From NCBI RefSeq assembly GCF_018350175.1, contig NC_058368.1, forward strand, positions 10,912,001-10,976,000: a stretch of 64,000 bases of DNA, read 5' to 3'. The position numbers and the translations under genes are program-made. Below, one piece after another: positions 1-13,197 of the stretch (the first letter of the stretch is position 1; each line of letters begins with the position of its first letter). The notes under the pieces are model-generated. The model was not told the origin of the DNA, ran no database searches, and saw nothing but the letters and a program-made list of their open reading frames with translations. The DNA is from Felis catus (Eukaryota).

Positions 1-23
1 TATAGTTATATAAGTCTTCTCCT

Positions 24-393
24 CCTGGAGGGCACTTTGTGATGAGCACTGGGTGTTGTACATAAGTGATGAATCACTACATTCTAAACCTGAAACTAAT
101 ATTTCGCTATATGTTAACTAACTGGAATTTATTTTTTTTTTAATTTTTTTTTCAACGTTTATTTATTTTTGGGACAGAGAGAGACAGAGCATGAACGGGC
201 GAGGGGCAGAGAGAGAGGGAGACACAGAATCGGAAACAGGCTCCAGGCTCTGAGCCATCAGCCCAGAGCCCGACGCGGGTCTCGAACTCACAGACCGCGA
301 GATCGTGACCTGGCTGAAGTCGAATGCTTAACCGACTGCGCCACCCAGGCGCCCCTTAACTAACTGGAATTTAAACAAAACCCTGGAAAAAAT
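24..393 (+). mobile_element. Short 5'-truncated carnivore L1 3' tail, split by a SINE
   Basis: GATGAGCACTGGGTG...GATGAATCACTA...TATGTTAACTAACTGGAATTT; TSD core GTCTTCTCCT at 14-23 and 394-403. Confidence 0.85.
131..355 (-). mobile_element. Young felid Can-SINE (SINEC_Fc type)
   Basis: Full-length with CpGs largely intact; perfect 17-bp TSD TTAACTAACTGGAATTT at 114-130 and 356-372. Confidence 0.97.
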
Positions 394-3300
394 GTCTTCT
401 CCTGGGTTAGATTTTGTAATAGACTCTCTATGCTATGCTGACATATACCTCTAGTTTATTGGTATGGAGGTAAGAGCATGATACACAGTGACTTTGCATT
501 TCAGGGTATCATTACTCTTCAAAAAGGTAGATACAGCTTTAATAGATGGGGGAAAGGATGGATTCTTGGCTGATAAAGAAGGATCAGCAGATGTTGAGTC
601 AATGCAAGTCTCATGACCCCTCCATTACTTTTTGTTCCAGGGCTTGTCCTCACTCTGAATCAACGCTTTGACTCTTACGTAAGTGACCTGGTAAGGCTGA
701 AAACTTAACAGCTTTGTAATACTGTATCTGGATCCAAGTCTATAGATTTTATTTATTGATTTCAGCCCAATGGCTGTAAGACTTGAGAGGGTTTTTGGTT
801 GTTGCTGTTTTTGTTTTGTTTTTAGCACAGTGATAGGAAGGCTCTGGTTTTAAATTAAAGGTAGATGAGCATTGAGAAAACGTCTACCATTCTCTTTCCT
901 AACCTCTTGGGAGGTGAAATAGAACCCTGACCCACAGTTTGCAGAAACCAATCCAAGAAATCAAACCACAACTTCTGTAGTGATCAGCCCAAAGCAGCCT
1001 GGACTTGATTAATAACTGATACCTTCCCTAATACTTGCCCATCACCCTCAATTGGTACTTTATTCCATATAAATACTGGTGATGTTTTTGTTTGGGTGGG
1101 GGGGCATTTCTGGACTTTTCTTTATTAAGTTTTACTATTTTAATTCCAATACTGTTGATATTTTAGTTAGTTTCTTGGTCATTGAGTGTGTAATCATCAA
1201 ATTCCCATCTCCAAATATTGACTGGATTTTCACTGCCTTCAGCCCCAACCAGGTCAGATGATGTTAGATTGCCTGATTATCTTTAAAGTCTATTTGCCTG
1301 CAACCATTGCTGTGCTTGTCAAGTTTCTGTCTCCAGCTGATTCTAGAAGAAAAGAAAATGAGAAGAGAGAAGAGAAAAACAATAAAAAATGAAAATAAAA
1401 AAAGAGAAGAGAGAAGAGAAATTGCAAAGAAGATACTGAATAGTTTTGAACCAGCCAGAAAAGCAGGCTTGGAAAATGAGCAGAAATGGGAAAGATTAAG
1501 AGCAAACAACATCACACTCCCTATTCCTCCCATCTTCTCCCAAGAAAACATTGCTCAGTGAGGACACTGTTCCTGCCACTACTGTCACTATCAGCAACGG
1601 ACATAAGATGCCATAGTTATCATTGCCTCCAGCGATTGTTGAAACCCAATTTTGTTGTGATTGCTGCTGTTACCTATTCCCCAGTAGGACTCTCTGTAGC
1701 CCCCCACCTCTTCATCTGCCTACCTCTTGATTTAAGCTCTATAGCTGATGTTTCTGATTGGTGAATCAGTACTCTTCACATGCTCATGCTCCAAGAGAAA
1801 AGAAAACCCATAGCTGGAATTTTCAACTTCCACAGGGTTAGAGTATATTTGTTTTCCATATAGACTTACAAGGTAGGAAATTTTCAAACATAAGAGTTCA
1901 AACGCCAGATAGATGAAAAATGATGGTAAACATCTATTATGGGGGGAGGGCAGGGGTGCAGTCACTTGATTTCTTGTGTTGGGGAAACCAAGGACCACGT
2001 GAATCAGACCGAGAACCAAGTCCCATCAATATCCAGTAACATGAGGCTCTATACACCAGCTAATGTCACCCTCAGGAAAAGAAAGAAATCGATGTACAAT
2101 TATTATTTTTAAAACAGTATTTTTACTGTATCATGGTTATGATCTAAATGACATTATTCAGAGTTTTCCCACATTGTTCCTCATTTGATGACAAAAATGG
2201 AAAATTCTGATCCTTTTGCTTTTTTTTTTAATTTTTCAGTCTGGAAGAGGGCTACACATTTGATTTCAACTGATTGATCTGGTATTTCTCTTCCCATGTC
2301 TTTTTGCTCGTTTCCTCTATGTTATTTCTGCAAGTAAGGCCTATTTTTAAAATTCATTGTTTCCACATTTTTTTAAAAACGTCATACTATTTCTGTTTTA
2401 AGATTGATAAAAGTCAATTTTCTCCTAAGGAGTGTACAATTACCATTGCATCTGGGTCAGAGGACCTGCCTTCCATTTGTCTCACTGACAATGCTCCTCA
2501 TGAAAAAATCTTCCTCAGACATTTCTAATTCAGAACAAAGGACATTTAGGGAATGACTTACTCAAAGTATATTCCTCATTCAGAGAAAAAAATACATCAA
2601 TTTCCTAGTTTCACATCTCTGATATTTCCAGGTTTTCCTTCAGTGCCATAAGGCTTGCTCTTACAACTCTCTGTATGTATATCCTATTTCTTCATTATAG
2701 TATCTTGCATTTATATAATGTTCCACATCATCGCAACAGCACATATAAAGAAGCAGGCATTCAATGAGATTAAACAACTTGCCCTAAACCTTACAAACAG
2801 CATATGGCAGAGTCCAGATTCAAGTACATATGGCAGAATCAAGATTCAAGATTCCACATCTCTGTGCTTCCTAGTCTACACAGGCTTGACATATGCACCT
2901 GCTCAGTAGATGTTGTTGGATGCAAGAGGAACTTGATAAGTAGAATCAAAATGCATCAAATTATTTTGTGTTCTCTATATAGCCTCTGGTTATTTGAGTC
3001 TGGGGAACTGAAATCCACTGATTCACATTTTGCTATTGATGCTGACGAAATGCTAAACATCCAGATTTCCTGAAAATTCAAATTCACTGACAGCCCAGGT
3101 AATTTTTATCACTCAGAGAAGTTTCAGAAACACTATCTTTAGCCAACCAACTACCAGGAAAACATGAAGGTTTGGTCTAATGAGTCTAATGAGAATAGGG
3201 TTGGATGTCATGAGAGACCCAGTGCATATTTTGAGCCATATAATCTGGGTCCTGATGCAAAGTGAAAATGTCAGTCAACTAGTGGGAAGATCTTTCCCTT

Positions 3301-4097
3301 TTATAGCAATGGCTTCTATCTTTGCTGATTTGTAAAACTCCAAAAAAGAAACTGGATGATTTTTCCTCCATTTCATCTGTATTTGTTGGTCTTCTAGAGA
3401 CATGGCCTAAGTCATATAAAACTTGATTGCATCTGCAAAAATCTCTGTATCTACATAAGATGACAATTGGAGATCCTGGGTGGACATGAACTTGGGAAGC
3501 CTAGTACAGAAGTTAAGTAATACTTGTCCAGAGAAGGCATAAAATGGTCAGATCTCATGCTGTGGACTGTGCTGAGAAGCACATGCAGAAAATTTCTTTG
3601 TAGGATGATCCCTCCCTCAGCGTTTGAGTTACAAACTGGTATGGTTCACTCCAGAGAAAGTAAGCGACTTTTCGCACACAATTCTTTTGTGTTCCTCCTT
3701 CCTGATTACCACTTTTCCTGATCAAGTATTTCCACAGTCTAGTTAACTAGATGCACACTTACAGTTTTAACAATTTTCCCTACCCCAACCTTCGTATTTC
3801 TTTATCCTCTTGGAAGCAGTGCATTTTGTCAGATAAACTAGCATTCCAGAAATCCAGTAAGACTTCTCAGTTGTCAAGGATTGGTAATGAATACAATTCC
3901 TGGGGAGCCCCTCCCCGGGACTTTTGCTAAAAGAATTCAACTTGCAAGATAAATACCCCTCTATCGCTTCTTTCCCAAAGTTACTATTCGTATGATAGCT
4001 GGTTTAAATGAGTGCACAGGCGTAGTCAGAGGAAGAAAAAGACAAAGTTGTCTGAAGAGGGGCATATTGCTTTGTTTCATTGGCGATTAGAAAGTGT

Positions 4098-4098
<1 letters not shown>

Positions 4099-4136
<38 letters not shown>

Positions 4137-4168
4137 ACACGTGTACGCGTGTGTGCATGCACATGTGC
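4099..4168. repeat. (GT)n microsatellite extending into an alternating purine/pyrimidine tract
   Basis: Direct reading. Confidence 0.95.
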
Positions 4169-4463
4169 TTGAGGCCAGGTCATGTTCACTCCCAAGATTC
4201 AGGCATGTCTGAGCTTCTGTCACAGGACAGTGGAAGGTGGCTTCTGAAAATGCTTCTGTCAGAATGACTGAGGATTCTCCTGAGAAAAGAGGCCAAGCCC
4301 AGTCAGATGAGCCTTCAGTGTTGGGGACAAAAGGGGATTCAGAGGGTAAGATCTGCCCCGCCACTGATCTGGGCTCTTCTCTGAATCATGTGATGGAGGC
4401 AGAGAGTAGTGAGAAGGTTATGTATAAAAATATTTTTAAAAAAAAGTTTCCCTAAAGCCCCTT

Positions 4464-4819
4464 TATCTTAATCAGTTTGAGTTACTATAACAGTATACCA
4501 GAGACTGGTGTTATATAGAACACAATTTTTTTCCCCACAGTTCCAGGGACCAGAAGTCCTAGACCAGAGTGCCAGGATGGTCAGGTTCTAGCGAGCACTC
4601 CCTCCTCTGCGTTGCAGACTGCTATTCTCTATACATTCCACATCCTCACCGGGGCTGAGAGGAAGAGGGCTCGAGAGCTCTCTGGGGTCTTATAAGGGCA
4701 CTAATCCCATGCATGAGGGCTTTACCCTCACGACCTAATCACCTCACTTTCAGATGCCATCATATCGGGATGAGGCTTCAACCAATGAACGGGAGGACAC
4801 AAAGATTCAGTCCATAGCA
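4464..4819 (-). mobile_element. MaLR solo LTR (MLT1A-like)
   Basis: TATAAGGGCACTAATCCCAT...ACCTAATCACCTC...ATTCAGTCCATAGCA terminus. Confidence 0.8.
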
Positions 4820-5599
4820 CCTTGTAAGGTACGAGATCGTACACACCGCACTGGTTTGGAGGCACCTTAGTAAAGCAGAAAGCAGTAAAGGAAAAGAGGC
4901 CTTTGTCTCCACTTCTCAGGCTCAGACACCTCAGCACCTGCGAGAAACTACTGGGCCTGGTGGGCTCCAGAGGGGTCGGGAAGACGCAGTGGGATCCAGC
5001 AGACCCCAAAGCAGCAGTGACACCCAGAAGAGGTAGCAACAGCATACGACAACAACGTTGCAGTGCCTGGTAGAAATCTAGCCGAGTGGCACAAAAGAAA
5101 AGAACTAGCAGGCATCTTGCGGCATGTTATCAGACAGGCCGCTATACTTGGACTGCCAGCTTATGTGAGATTATTTCTAGAGATCTACCAAAATACGTGT
5201 GTATGTATTTGTCTCACTTATTCGTGTGTTTAATTACTTGTCTCCCGTGGATCAGTTAGAAAAGCATTCGGTAGCAAGAAAACCTAATTGCCCAAATGTC
5301 TGGCACATGGTTTCTATAACGAGCCATCCTTAAATGAGTGCTAGCTAACAAGTGCTACTCCGAATCTGATTTGTGGACAAGCGCCTGCTGTTACAAGTCC
5401 ACGATAAAATAATCACATGAGTCGAGAGCGTGTAGATGCTTTGATGGCATGCGGACAGTATGGTAACGTTAAAGCACAAGATCGATGGACTTGTCTCACC
5501 GAATGGGGGGAAGACCAAAATTATTCAACCTCAAAGGATTAGGAAACAATTGGCCAAAAAACTGGTCATTGTCCTGACCACAGGACGTTAATTGGAGGA

Positions 5600-6080
5600 A
5601 TGTGATTCAAGGTTCATTTTGTGGCTCAGAGCTCTTTCCAGCCTTCTCCTCTGCTATCCACTGATTTTGACTGTGTCCTGCTTATCCCGAGAGTCACAAA
5701 ATGACCTCTGTAGCTCCAAGTATCACATCCTCACACCAAAACCCCACAAAGGAAAGAAGGGCTGGACACAGAAAAGGTTTCTATGTCCTAAGGCCCTCTT
5801 TTTTTCATTTAGGAAGAAAATCCTCCCAGAATACTTCTGGAAAACATTTCCTTGTATTGCTTAGCTACAGAGTACACTGGGATACTGAGCTTCTAGCAAA
5901 GAGAAGTGGGATTACAATGATTGTGTTAGGCTAATTATAACATAGCCCCTGAATCTGACCAAGGATCTGCCCTTCCTTGAGATCAAAAGACTTCCTCCTA
6001 CTACCCGAACTAATTATGGTGCTATGTGAGAGCATATTCAATGGTTGTTGAATGGCAACAAACAATTTCTGGGAACCTCC
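5600..6080 (-). mobile_element. Old MaLR LTR fragment (MLT1J/K/L-like)
   Basis: GTAGCTCCAAGTATCACATCCTCACAC and GGGATTACAATGATTG motifs; degenerate. Confidence 0.45.
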
Positions 6081-6101
6081 ATTAAGATATGGGCTCCATG
6101 A

Positions 6102-6321
6102 GGGATGCCTGGGTGGCTCAGCCAGTTAAGTGACCGACTCCAGCCCAAGGCATGATCTCGAGGTCTGTGAGTTCAAGCCCTGCATCAGGCTGTGTGCTGA
6201 GAGCTCAGAGTCTGGAGCCTGCTTCACATTCTGTGTCTCCCTTTCTCTCTGCCTGCCTCTCTCACTCTCTCTCTCTCTCTCTCTCTCAAAAATGAATAAA
6301 CATAAAAACAAATTTAGGAAG
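6102..6321 (+). mobile_element. Can-SINE
   Basis: GGGATGCCTGGGTGGCTCAG head, (CT)n, A-tail; 18-bp TSD at 6084-6101 and 6322-6339. Confidence 0.95.
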
Positions 6322-6734
6322 AAGATACAGGCTCCATGAAAATAAGCACTGCTAATCCCCAGTGCTCAGCATATGCCTGGTATATACCAGGTTCTCATGA
6401 CAACTAAATATAATGGTGGAATAGTATTTAGCCTATCTGAATGATCAGTCTTTATAATATCAAGCATCCAAGTATTTGGGAGCATCTTATCCCTCCATCT
6501 CACTTCATCTCCCTTTGTTCCCATCTACTTGTCCTAGATCTTAATATAGGTACCATATTCTCTCTGTTCCAGTCAAGATTCTTGGATGCAATGACCATAG
6601 GCTCTGAGTCATAGCCCAGAAAGTGCTTCTACTTCTCGCTAAAACCACATCTCTCCATATTCTTAAACTCTGAAAATGAATTTGTTCCATTTTAACACTC
6701 ACCAAAAATCATAGGTCTTAAAATGTCCAGTTGT

Positions 6735-7243
6735 ATTCAGCTCTGACATGTAAAAAGTTTGCAAGTTATCACTCCTGTCCTTACAACAAGAAAAGGCCGG
6801 ACAAGGAAAAACCAGTGTCTTTTCTTAGATCTACCAGGGAACTGAGGCCACAGGGCAATCTGCCACTCTAAAATCTAGAAAGTCAGTTGAATCCAGCAGT
6901 CAAAGCCAAGAACTGCTTATGTGGAGCAGAAGCTACTAGAGTCATACTAGTGGGAACACTTAAGTGGACATTTTGATGAATTGCTGGAGACTGAGGGTGC
7001 AGTAACATGAGAATTTCCCTGACACTGTGGTCTTGGGAGGGAGCACACTTTGGGCTTTATCTCCATCGGTCCTACCAAGTTGTCCATGAGTTAAAGAGCT
7101 GATAAAAGAGTCCCTCTCAGGGACACCTGGGTGGCTCCGTTAGTTGAGCATCTGACTTGATCTCAGCTCAGAGCATGATCTCAGGGTTTGTGGGTTCGAG
7201 CTCCCTGTCAGGCTCTGTGCTGACAGTGTGGAGCCATTTGGGA

Positions 7244-7294
<51 letters not shown>

Positions 7295-8370
7295 CCTCCC
7301 TCCCTCCCTCCCTCCCCTGATCATGTTCTATCTCAAAATAAATAAATAAGGTTTAAAAAAATTTTAAAGATTCCTTCCCAGCTCTGGCATGAAAGATGAG
7401 GAATAATGCTTATGAAAGAGGCCAAACCTTCTGCCTAACAAAGGCCTTCTCTCCAGGGGGAAAGACTTTACCAGAGACTTGTCCTACATGTGTGGGAGAT
7501 GGTCCTCTGAATCTTATCCTCTTCTAGACTCTTTGTCTTACCTGCGGGGCCTGGGGAAGGAAACTATAAGAAACTCTTGTGGTCATAGGCTATAGACACA
7601 GGCCCAATAAAAATACTGAGATTTAACTGGAAGATTCTAGAATGTTCCTTCCCTCACATCCCTGTTCCACCACATGAACAGGGCTCTAGTATAATAAGAG
7701 TGAATTAGAGTGAAAAAGTTGCAGAACACACACTCTTTCAGGGAAGTATTTACAGAATCCCAAAGTCAAGAATGGAGACAGAAAAATAAGGACATTAAAA
7801 GAACTTGAAACTTCTGGTACCCACAACTACAGCAAACATTAAACACAGCCCAGCTCCTAGCCAGTTTAACATAAACCTCACGCTAAAGGCTATTTACCTC
7901 ATTTCCTATATGTACCTGATACATAATATGTAGATTGCAACAAAAAATTACAAGCCAGGCCAAAAGGTGTGAAAAAACATTTTGAAGAGACAAAGCAAGT
8001 ATCAGAACCAAACTCAGAAATGTCACAGATGTTAGAATTATAAAATCATTTCAAGTAAGTCTAACTAATACGTTAAGGTCTGGGATGGCAAAATTAGATA
8101 ATATACAAAAGGAGATGGATGATGTAAGCAGAAAGAAACTGTAAGAAAGAAGTGAGAATAAGTCCTAGCAATCAAAAACACTAATGGAAAGGAAGATTGC
8201 CTTGGATGAGCTCCATAGTAAACTGCACACACCTGAGGAAAGAATCAATGAGTTTGTATAGGGGTCAATATAAATTTCCTAAAATGAAAATCTAAAAGAA
8301 ACTAATAGTAAGAAGAACAATAACAAAAAGTGTATATGATGGGAATCCCAGATGGAGACCAAGGAAGAAA
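6735..8370 (+). mobile_element. Old eutherian L1 (L1MD/L1M4-like) 5'UTR-ORF1 remnant; continues at 10291-10576
   Basis: TCACTCCTGTCCTTACAACAAGAAAA 5' motif; decayed ORF1 (GAGGAAAGAATCAATGAG...GGGAATCCCAGA) resumes after a younger L1. Confidence 0.65.
7120..7366 (+). mobile_element. Can-SINE with expanded (CT)n
   Basis: Head with A/B boxes, long (CT)n, AATAAA tail. Confidence 0.95.
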
Positions 8371-8373
8371 GGG

Positions 8374-10290
8374 AACAATCCCTATCAGAATACCAAGACC
8401 ATTTTTTCACAGAACTAAAACAAATAATCCTAAAATTTGTATGGCACCATGGTAGACGTCTAATAGCCAAAGAAATCTTGAAAAAGAAGAACAAAGCTGG
8501 AGGTTGTCACCGTCCTAGATTGCAAGATATACTACACAGCTGTAACAGTATGGTACTGGCACAAAAACAGACACACAGATCAATGGAACTAAATGGAGAG
8601 CCCAGAAATAAATTCACACTTATGTGGTCAATTAATCTACAATGAAGGAGGCAAGAATATACAACGGGGAGGGGCACCTGGGTGGCTCAGTCAGCTGAGC
8701 GCCCGACTCTTGATATGAGCTCAGGTCATGATCTCACGGGTTGGTGGGATCAAACCCTGAGTTGGGTTCTGCACTGACAGTGGGGAGACTACTTGGAATT
8801 CTCTCTCTACCTCTCTTTCCGCTCCTCCTCCGTTCACACGCTTGCACTCTCTTTTTCTCTCTCTAAATAAACATCTTAAAAAATGAATAGGGAAAAGACA
8901 GTCTTTTCAATAAATGGTGTTAGGAAAACTGGATAATTACATGCAAAAGAATGAAATGGGACCACTTTCTTACGCCATATACAAAAATAAACTCGAAATG
9001 GACTAAAAACCTAAAGATAAGACCTGAAACCATGAAACTTCTCAAAGAAAATATGGTAGTAAACTCTTGGACATCAGCCTTAGCAATATTTTTCTGGATC
9101 ATCTCCTTAGGCAAGAAAAATTAAAGCAAAAAAGGAACTATTGGGAGTACACCAAGGTAAAAAAGAGTTTGCAGTGAAGGAAACTATCAACAAAAAATAG
9201 GCAATCTATTGAATGGGAAAGATATTTTCAAATGACATATTCAATAAAGATTTAATATCCAAAACAAATGGAGAACTAATACAACTCCATACCAAAAAAA
9301 AAAAAAATCTGATTTTTAAAAATGTTCAGGGGACCTAAATAGACAATTTTTCAAAGAAGACACAGAGATGACCAACAAACATATGAAATGATGCTTAACA
9401 TCATTAATCCGCAGGGAAATGCAAATCACAGCCACAATGAGTTATCACCTCACATCTGTCAGAATAGCTTGTATAAAACACACACACGCATGCACACATG
9501 TGCGCACACACACACACACACAAGGAATATGGTGTTAGCAAGCATGTGGAAAGAAGGGAACCCTCATGCACTGTTGGTAGAAATGTCAATTGGTGCAGCC
9601 ACTATGGACGACAGTATGGAGGTTCCTCAAAAAGTTAAAAATAGAAATATCCTATAACCCAGTAGATCCACTTCCGGGTATTTACCGAAAGAAAACAACA
9701 ACATTAATTGGAGAAGATACGTGCATTATCCCTATGTTTATTGCAGCATTATTTCCAACAGCCAAGATACAGAAGCAACCCAAGTGTCTGTCAATGGATG
9801 AATGGATAAAGAAGAAGTGGTACACACACACACACACAGGAATATTACTTAGCCATAAAAAAGAATGAGATCATGCCATTACACCAACATGGATGGACTT
9901 AAAGGGTGTTACGGTAAATCAAGGAAGTCAGGCAGAAAAAGACAAATACCACGGGATTTCAGTTATATATGGGCTATAAAACAAATGATCAAAACAGAAA
10001 AAAAACACAGAATATACTGGTGGTTGCCAAAGGGGAGGGGACAGGGTCATGAGTGAAATAGGTGAAGAGAGTTAAAAGGCACAAAATTCCAATTATAAAA
10101 TAAATAAGTCGCAGATGAAAAGTAGAGCATCAGGAATATAGTTCATAATACTGTAATAATTTTGTATGGTGACAGAGGATACACTTACCATGGTAAGCAT
10201 TTCATAATATATATATATAACTCAATCAGTATGTGGTACCCCTGAAGCTAATATAATATTGTACGGTCAACCGTGCTTCAACTGACAAAA
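8374..10290 (+). mobile_element. 5'-truncated L1 (L1MA9/L1_Carn-like), ORF2 C-terminus plus 3'UTR, decayed
   Basis: Peptides [31 protein letters not shown] and MFIAALF; 3'UTR ends CCTGAAGCTAATATAATATTGT. Confidence 0.9.
8671..8884 (+). mobile_element. Can-SINE inside L1
   Basis: GGGGCACCTGGGTGGCTCAG head, CT-rich body, tail. Confidence 0.92.
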
Positions 10291-11289
10291 AGAGAACAAA
10301 AACATATTTAAAGAAATAAGAGTTGAGAACCACTCAAAATTTACGACAAGCAGTAAACCACAGATTCAGGACGCTCAGAGTAATCACACACACACACACA
10401 CACACACCCCAAAAAGCACACTTAGATATATCATATTCAGACTGCAGAAAACCAAAGTCAAAGAGACAACTTTGCAAGGGCCCACAAGCTGGTGGGGGTC
10501 GGGATCAGCACCCCTTACCTGCAGAGAAGCACTGACAGGAGGTACAGCGGCTTTCTGCTGGAAACCCGGCAAGCATTTCTCTCTCTTTCCCCCCCGGGAA
10601 GATGACTGCCTTCTGGAAGAGGCCAGCCTGGTCTGGGTGGGTGGAGCGCAGGGTTTCCCAGGAAGGCAAACCCCGCACAGCTGGAGCCGGCAGGTTGCCA
10701 GGTTGCGCTCTGAGGCTTCCGGTGTGTGTGGGGTGGGGAGTAAATTTGGAAGGGCAGGGAGTGAATGGATAGCTCAGAGGACCGGAGGATCAGGCCCAAG
10801 GTGCCGCAGCTGCAGCCACTCTTCCAGGAGGAAGCCTGATCTCCCAGGACCTTGAGGTCCTACAGGGCTGCAGGCGAGACCGGGGATGACATGCATCTGG
10901 GTGCCTTGAGTGTTGGAGGTCCCCGGCCTCACACTCTTCCACAAGGACTTTGGCCTAGGCCACCTAGCAAGCAAACCTCAGTCCTTGCCAAAGGCTCATC
11001 TGTCGCCACCCACAGGGCGCCTCACCCCTCAGGCCTGGCCAGGTGCAGAGGAACCCACTCTAGCTCAGGTGGTGCCCAAGTTCCCAAGGCTGGTCTGAGG
11101 ATGCAAACTGAGCATGCTCAGGCAACAAATCCATCGCCTTCTTGGAGGCCTGAGGCCCCAGGGCAGCCACACGGTCCTCCAACGGGGAACCCCGGGGCCT
11201 CAATGTGACCTGCCAAGGTTCAAGCTGTACCAACCCAAACCTACTGTTCCATTGCACAGCCTCAGCTGCAAGGTGTCCCAGGAGACTTA

Positions 11290-11538
11290 TAATGTGACAT
11301 CCTGGATGGGATCCGGCAACAGAAATGACATTAGAAAAAAAAAAAAAAACTCAGTTTTTTTTTTTCCTGAACTCTGTTCAGGAATATAATAACAGTGTAT
11401 TAATATTGATTCATTAACTGTGGCAGATATACCACATGAATGTAAGATGTTCATAATAAAGGAAACTGGGTCTGGGATATATGGGAACTCTCTGTATATA
11501 TATATTTTTTTTTTTTAAAGGACATTTATTTATTTATT

Positions 11539-11574
<36 letters not shown>

Positions 11575-11790
11575 CACGAATGAGTGAGCAATGGGCAGAG
11601 AGAAGAGAAAGAGAGAGGGAGAGAGAGAGAGCACGCACGCGCATAGTGGGGCTCAAACTCAGGAATCGTGAGATCGTGACCTGAGCAGAAGTTGGATGCT
11701 TAACCAACGGAGTCACCCAGGTGCCCCTCTCTGAATAATTTTTGCAGTAATTCTGTAAATCTAAAACTGTTTGAAAATATAAAATTAATC
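11290..11790 (+). mobile_element. Old L1 (L1MC/MD-like) 3' end
   Basis: ATCCTGGATGGGATCC...GGATATATGGGAACTCTCTGTA...TTCTGTAAATCTAAAACTG. Confidence 0.7.
11503..11727 (-). mobile_element. Can-SINE
   Basis: Poly-T, (GA)n, ends CCCAGGTGCCCC; short TSD TCTCTG(T/A)ATA. Confidence 0.93.
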
Positions 11791-13197
11791 TAAAAATCTC
11801 TCATTGATATTTAAATGAGCTGCAAACGTAATGGATAACCAAAAATCACATTAGTAACAGATTTTTCTTATACAGATATCAAACTTTGTCTAAGCTTTTT
11901 TTAATGATTGATTTTTAGTGTGGATTTCACATGTGCTTTAACACATGGCTTAAACATGTGGGTTTTTAGGGCTGTGTCATTCGTAGGTGTCCCATACCTG
12001 TGTCAGCAGGAAACTTCTCTGTGACAGCCACCATTAGCATGCCTGTTCTCCCCTTACAGAGGGTTCTGGAGGCTTGAATATTGATCAATTACAATATTGA
12101 TCAAGTAATATTGAATATTAATCACAATTACTTTGTGATTCTTTAACTCTTATTCCTTATGAAACTTCTAGATTCTCCTTACTGTATGATAAATGGCTTG
12201 GCTCTTGGATATTACATGTCTTTCTCTTGTTTTCCTTTTTAAAAATATTAAGTCAATAAAGAACTATCTTTCATTTCTTACCTGCTATTGGAAAAATGAC
12301 AATTCAACCAACTTTTGGTTACAGTATCTTACTGCTATAAATTCCTTCATTTCTTCCCTCTGTCTCCCATTTTCAGATATTTGAGACAACGATGCCTGCT
12401 TAGAGAATGACAATAGATTGGAATCACCTGAAAAGCAACACACGTTAAACTCTATTAAATCACCATTTCAAATCCCCCCCCCCCGATGAAAATTAAAATA
12501 TTTGGATAATCTTCAAAATATCTAATTTGAACAATGTCAGGCATCAAAAATGTTTAGGCACAATTTACCCAGCACCAGTGCAAAGTGATAAGGATTTCTG
12601 GGTTATGTAAATCAACACAGGGATAATAGTTACTAATTCTCAACATAGAGATAGCCACAGATGCGGTTTCATGTCACAGAACTTGCATCTTCTTGTCAAA
12701 TGGTACCAACAAGTGGTCTATGTTGTTTGATCACTGAAAATTTCCAAGTCTCCATTTAGATTCCCCAGCGGTTCCTGCTGTTGCAATCTTTCTCATTAAC
12801 TTCCCTGATCAAAACCATACACCCAATAGCCCTTCCAGAGATCATTTGACAAACTGATCTATTCTGTTTTGCCATGACTCACTGCAGAGACATTTTCATT
12901 TTAATGACAACTTTTGGAAATATTCCAGAGGAATGAGTCTAAGGGCAGGAAATCCAGGAAGATTGTCTGGGGAGATGTTCTGGAGCAGGGTGACCTTTTA
13001 GAACATTTCAACGCTTCTATCCTGCCCTGTCTTGACTTGGGGTTGACAGATTTGTGATATATATACATCTTATCTTCCTTTCTTATGGTGATTTCATTGT
13101 CTTTATATGTCTTTCATATGTCTTCATTGCCTTTAACTGAAGGAAGATGAAAATGTGAATTCTTGTGATTACAGAGCCAGGGACAAATGGTCTCGAT

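Noticed and set aside
169..363. ORFs such as MGQRETEHE... (also 25284-25640, 32401-32583, 48368-48595)
   Set aside because: These are translations of Can-SINEs, not genes.
1307..1561. K/R/E-rich ORF suggesting a coiled coil
   Set aside because: Translation of a low-complexity purine tract.
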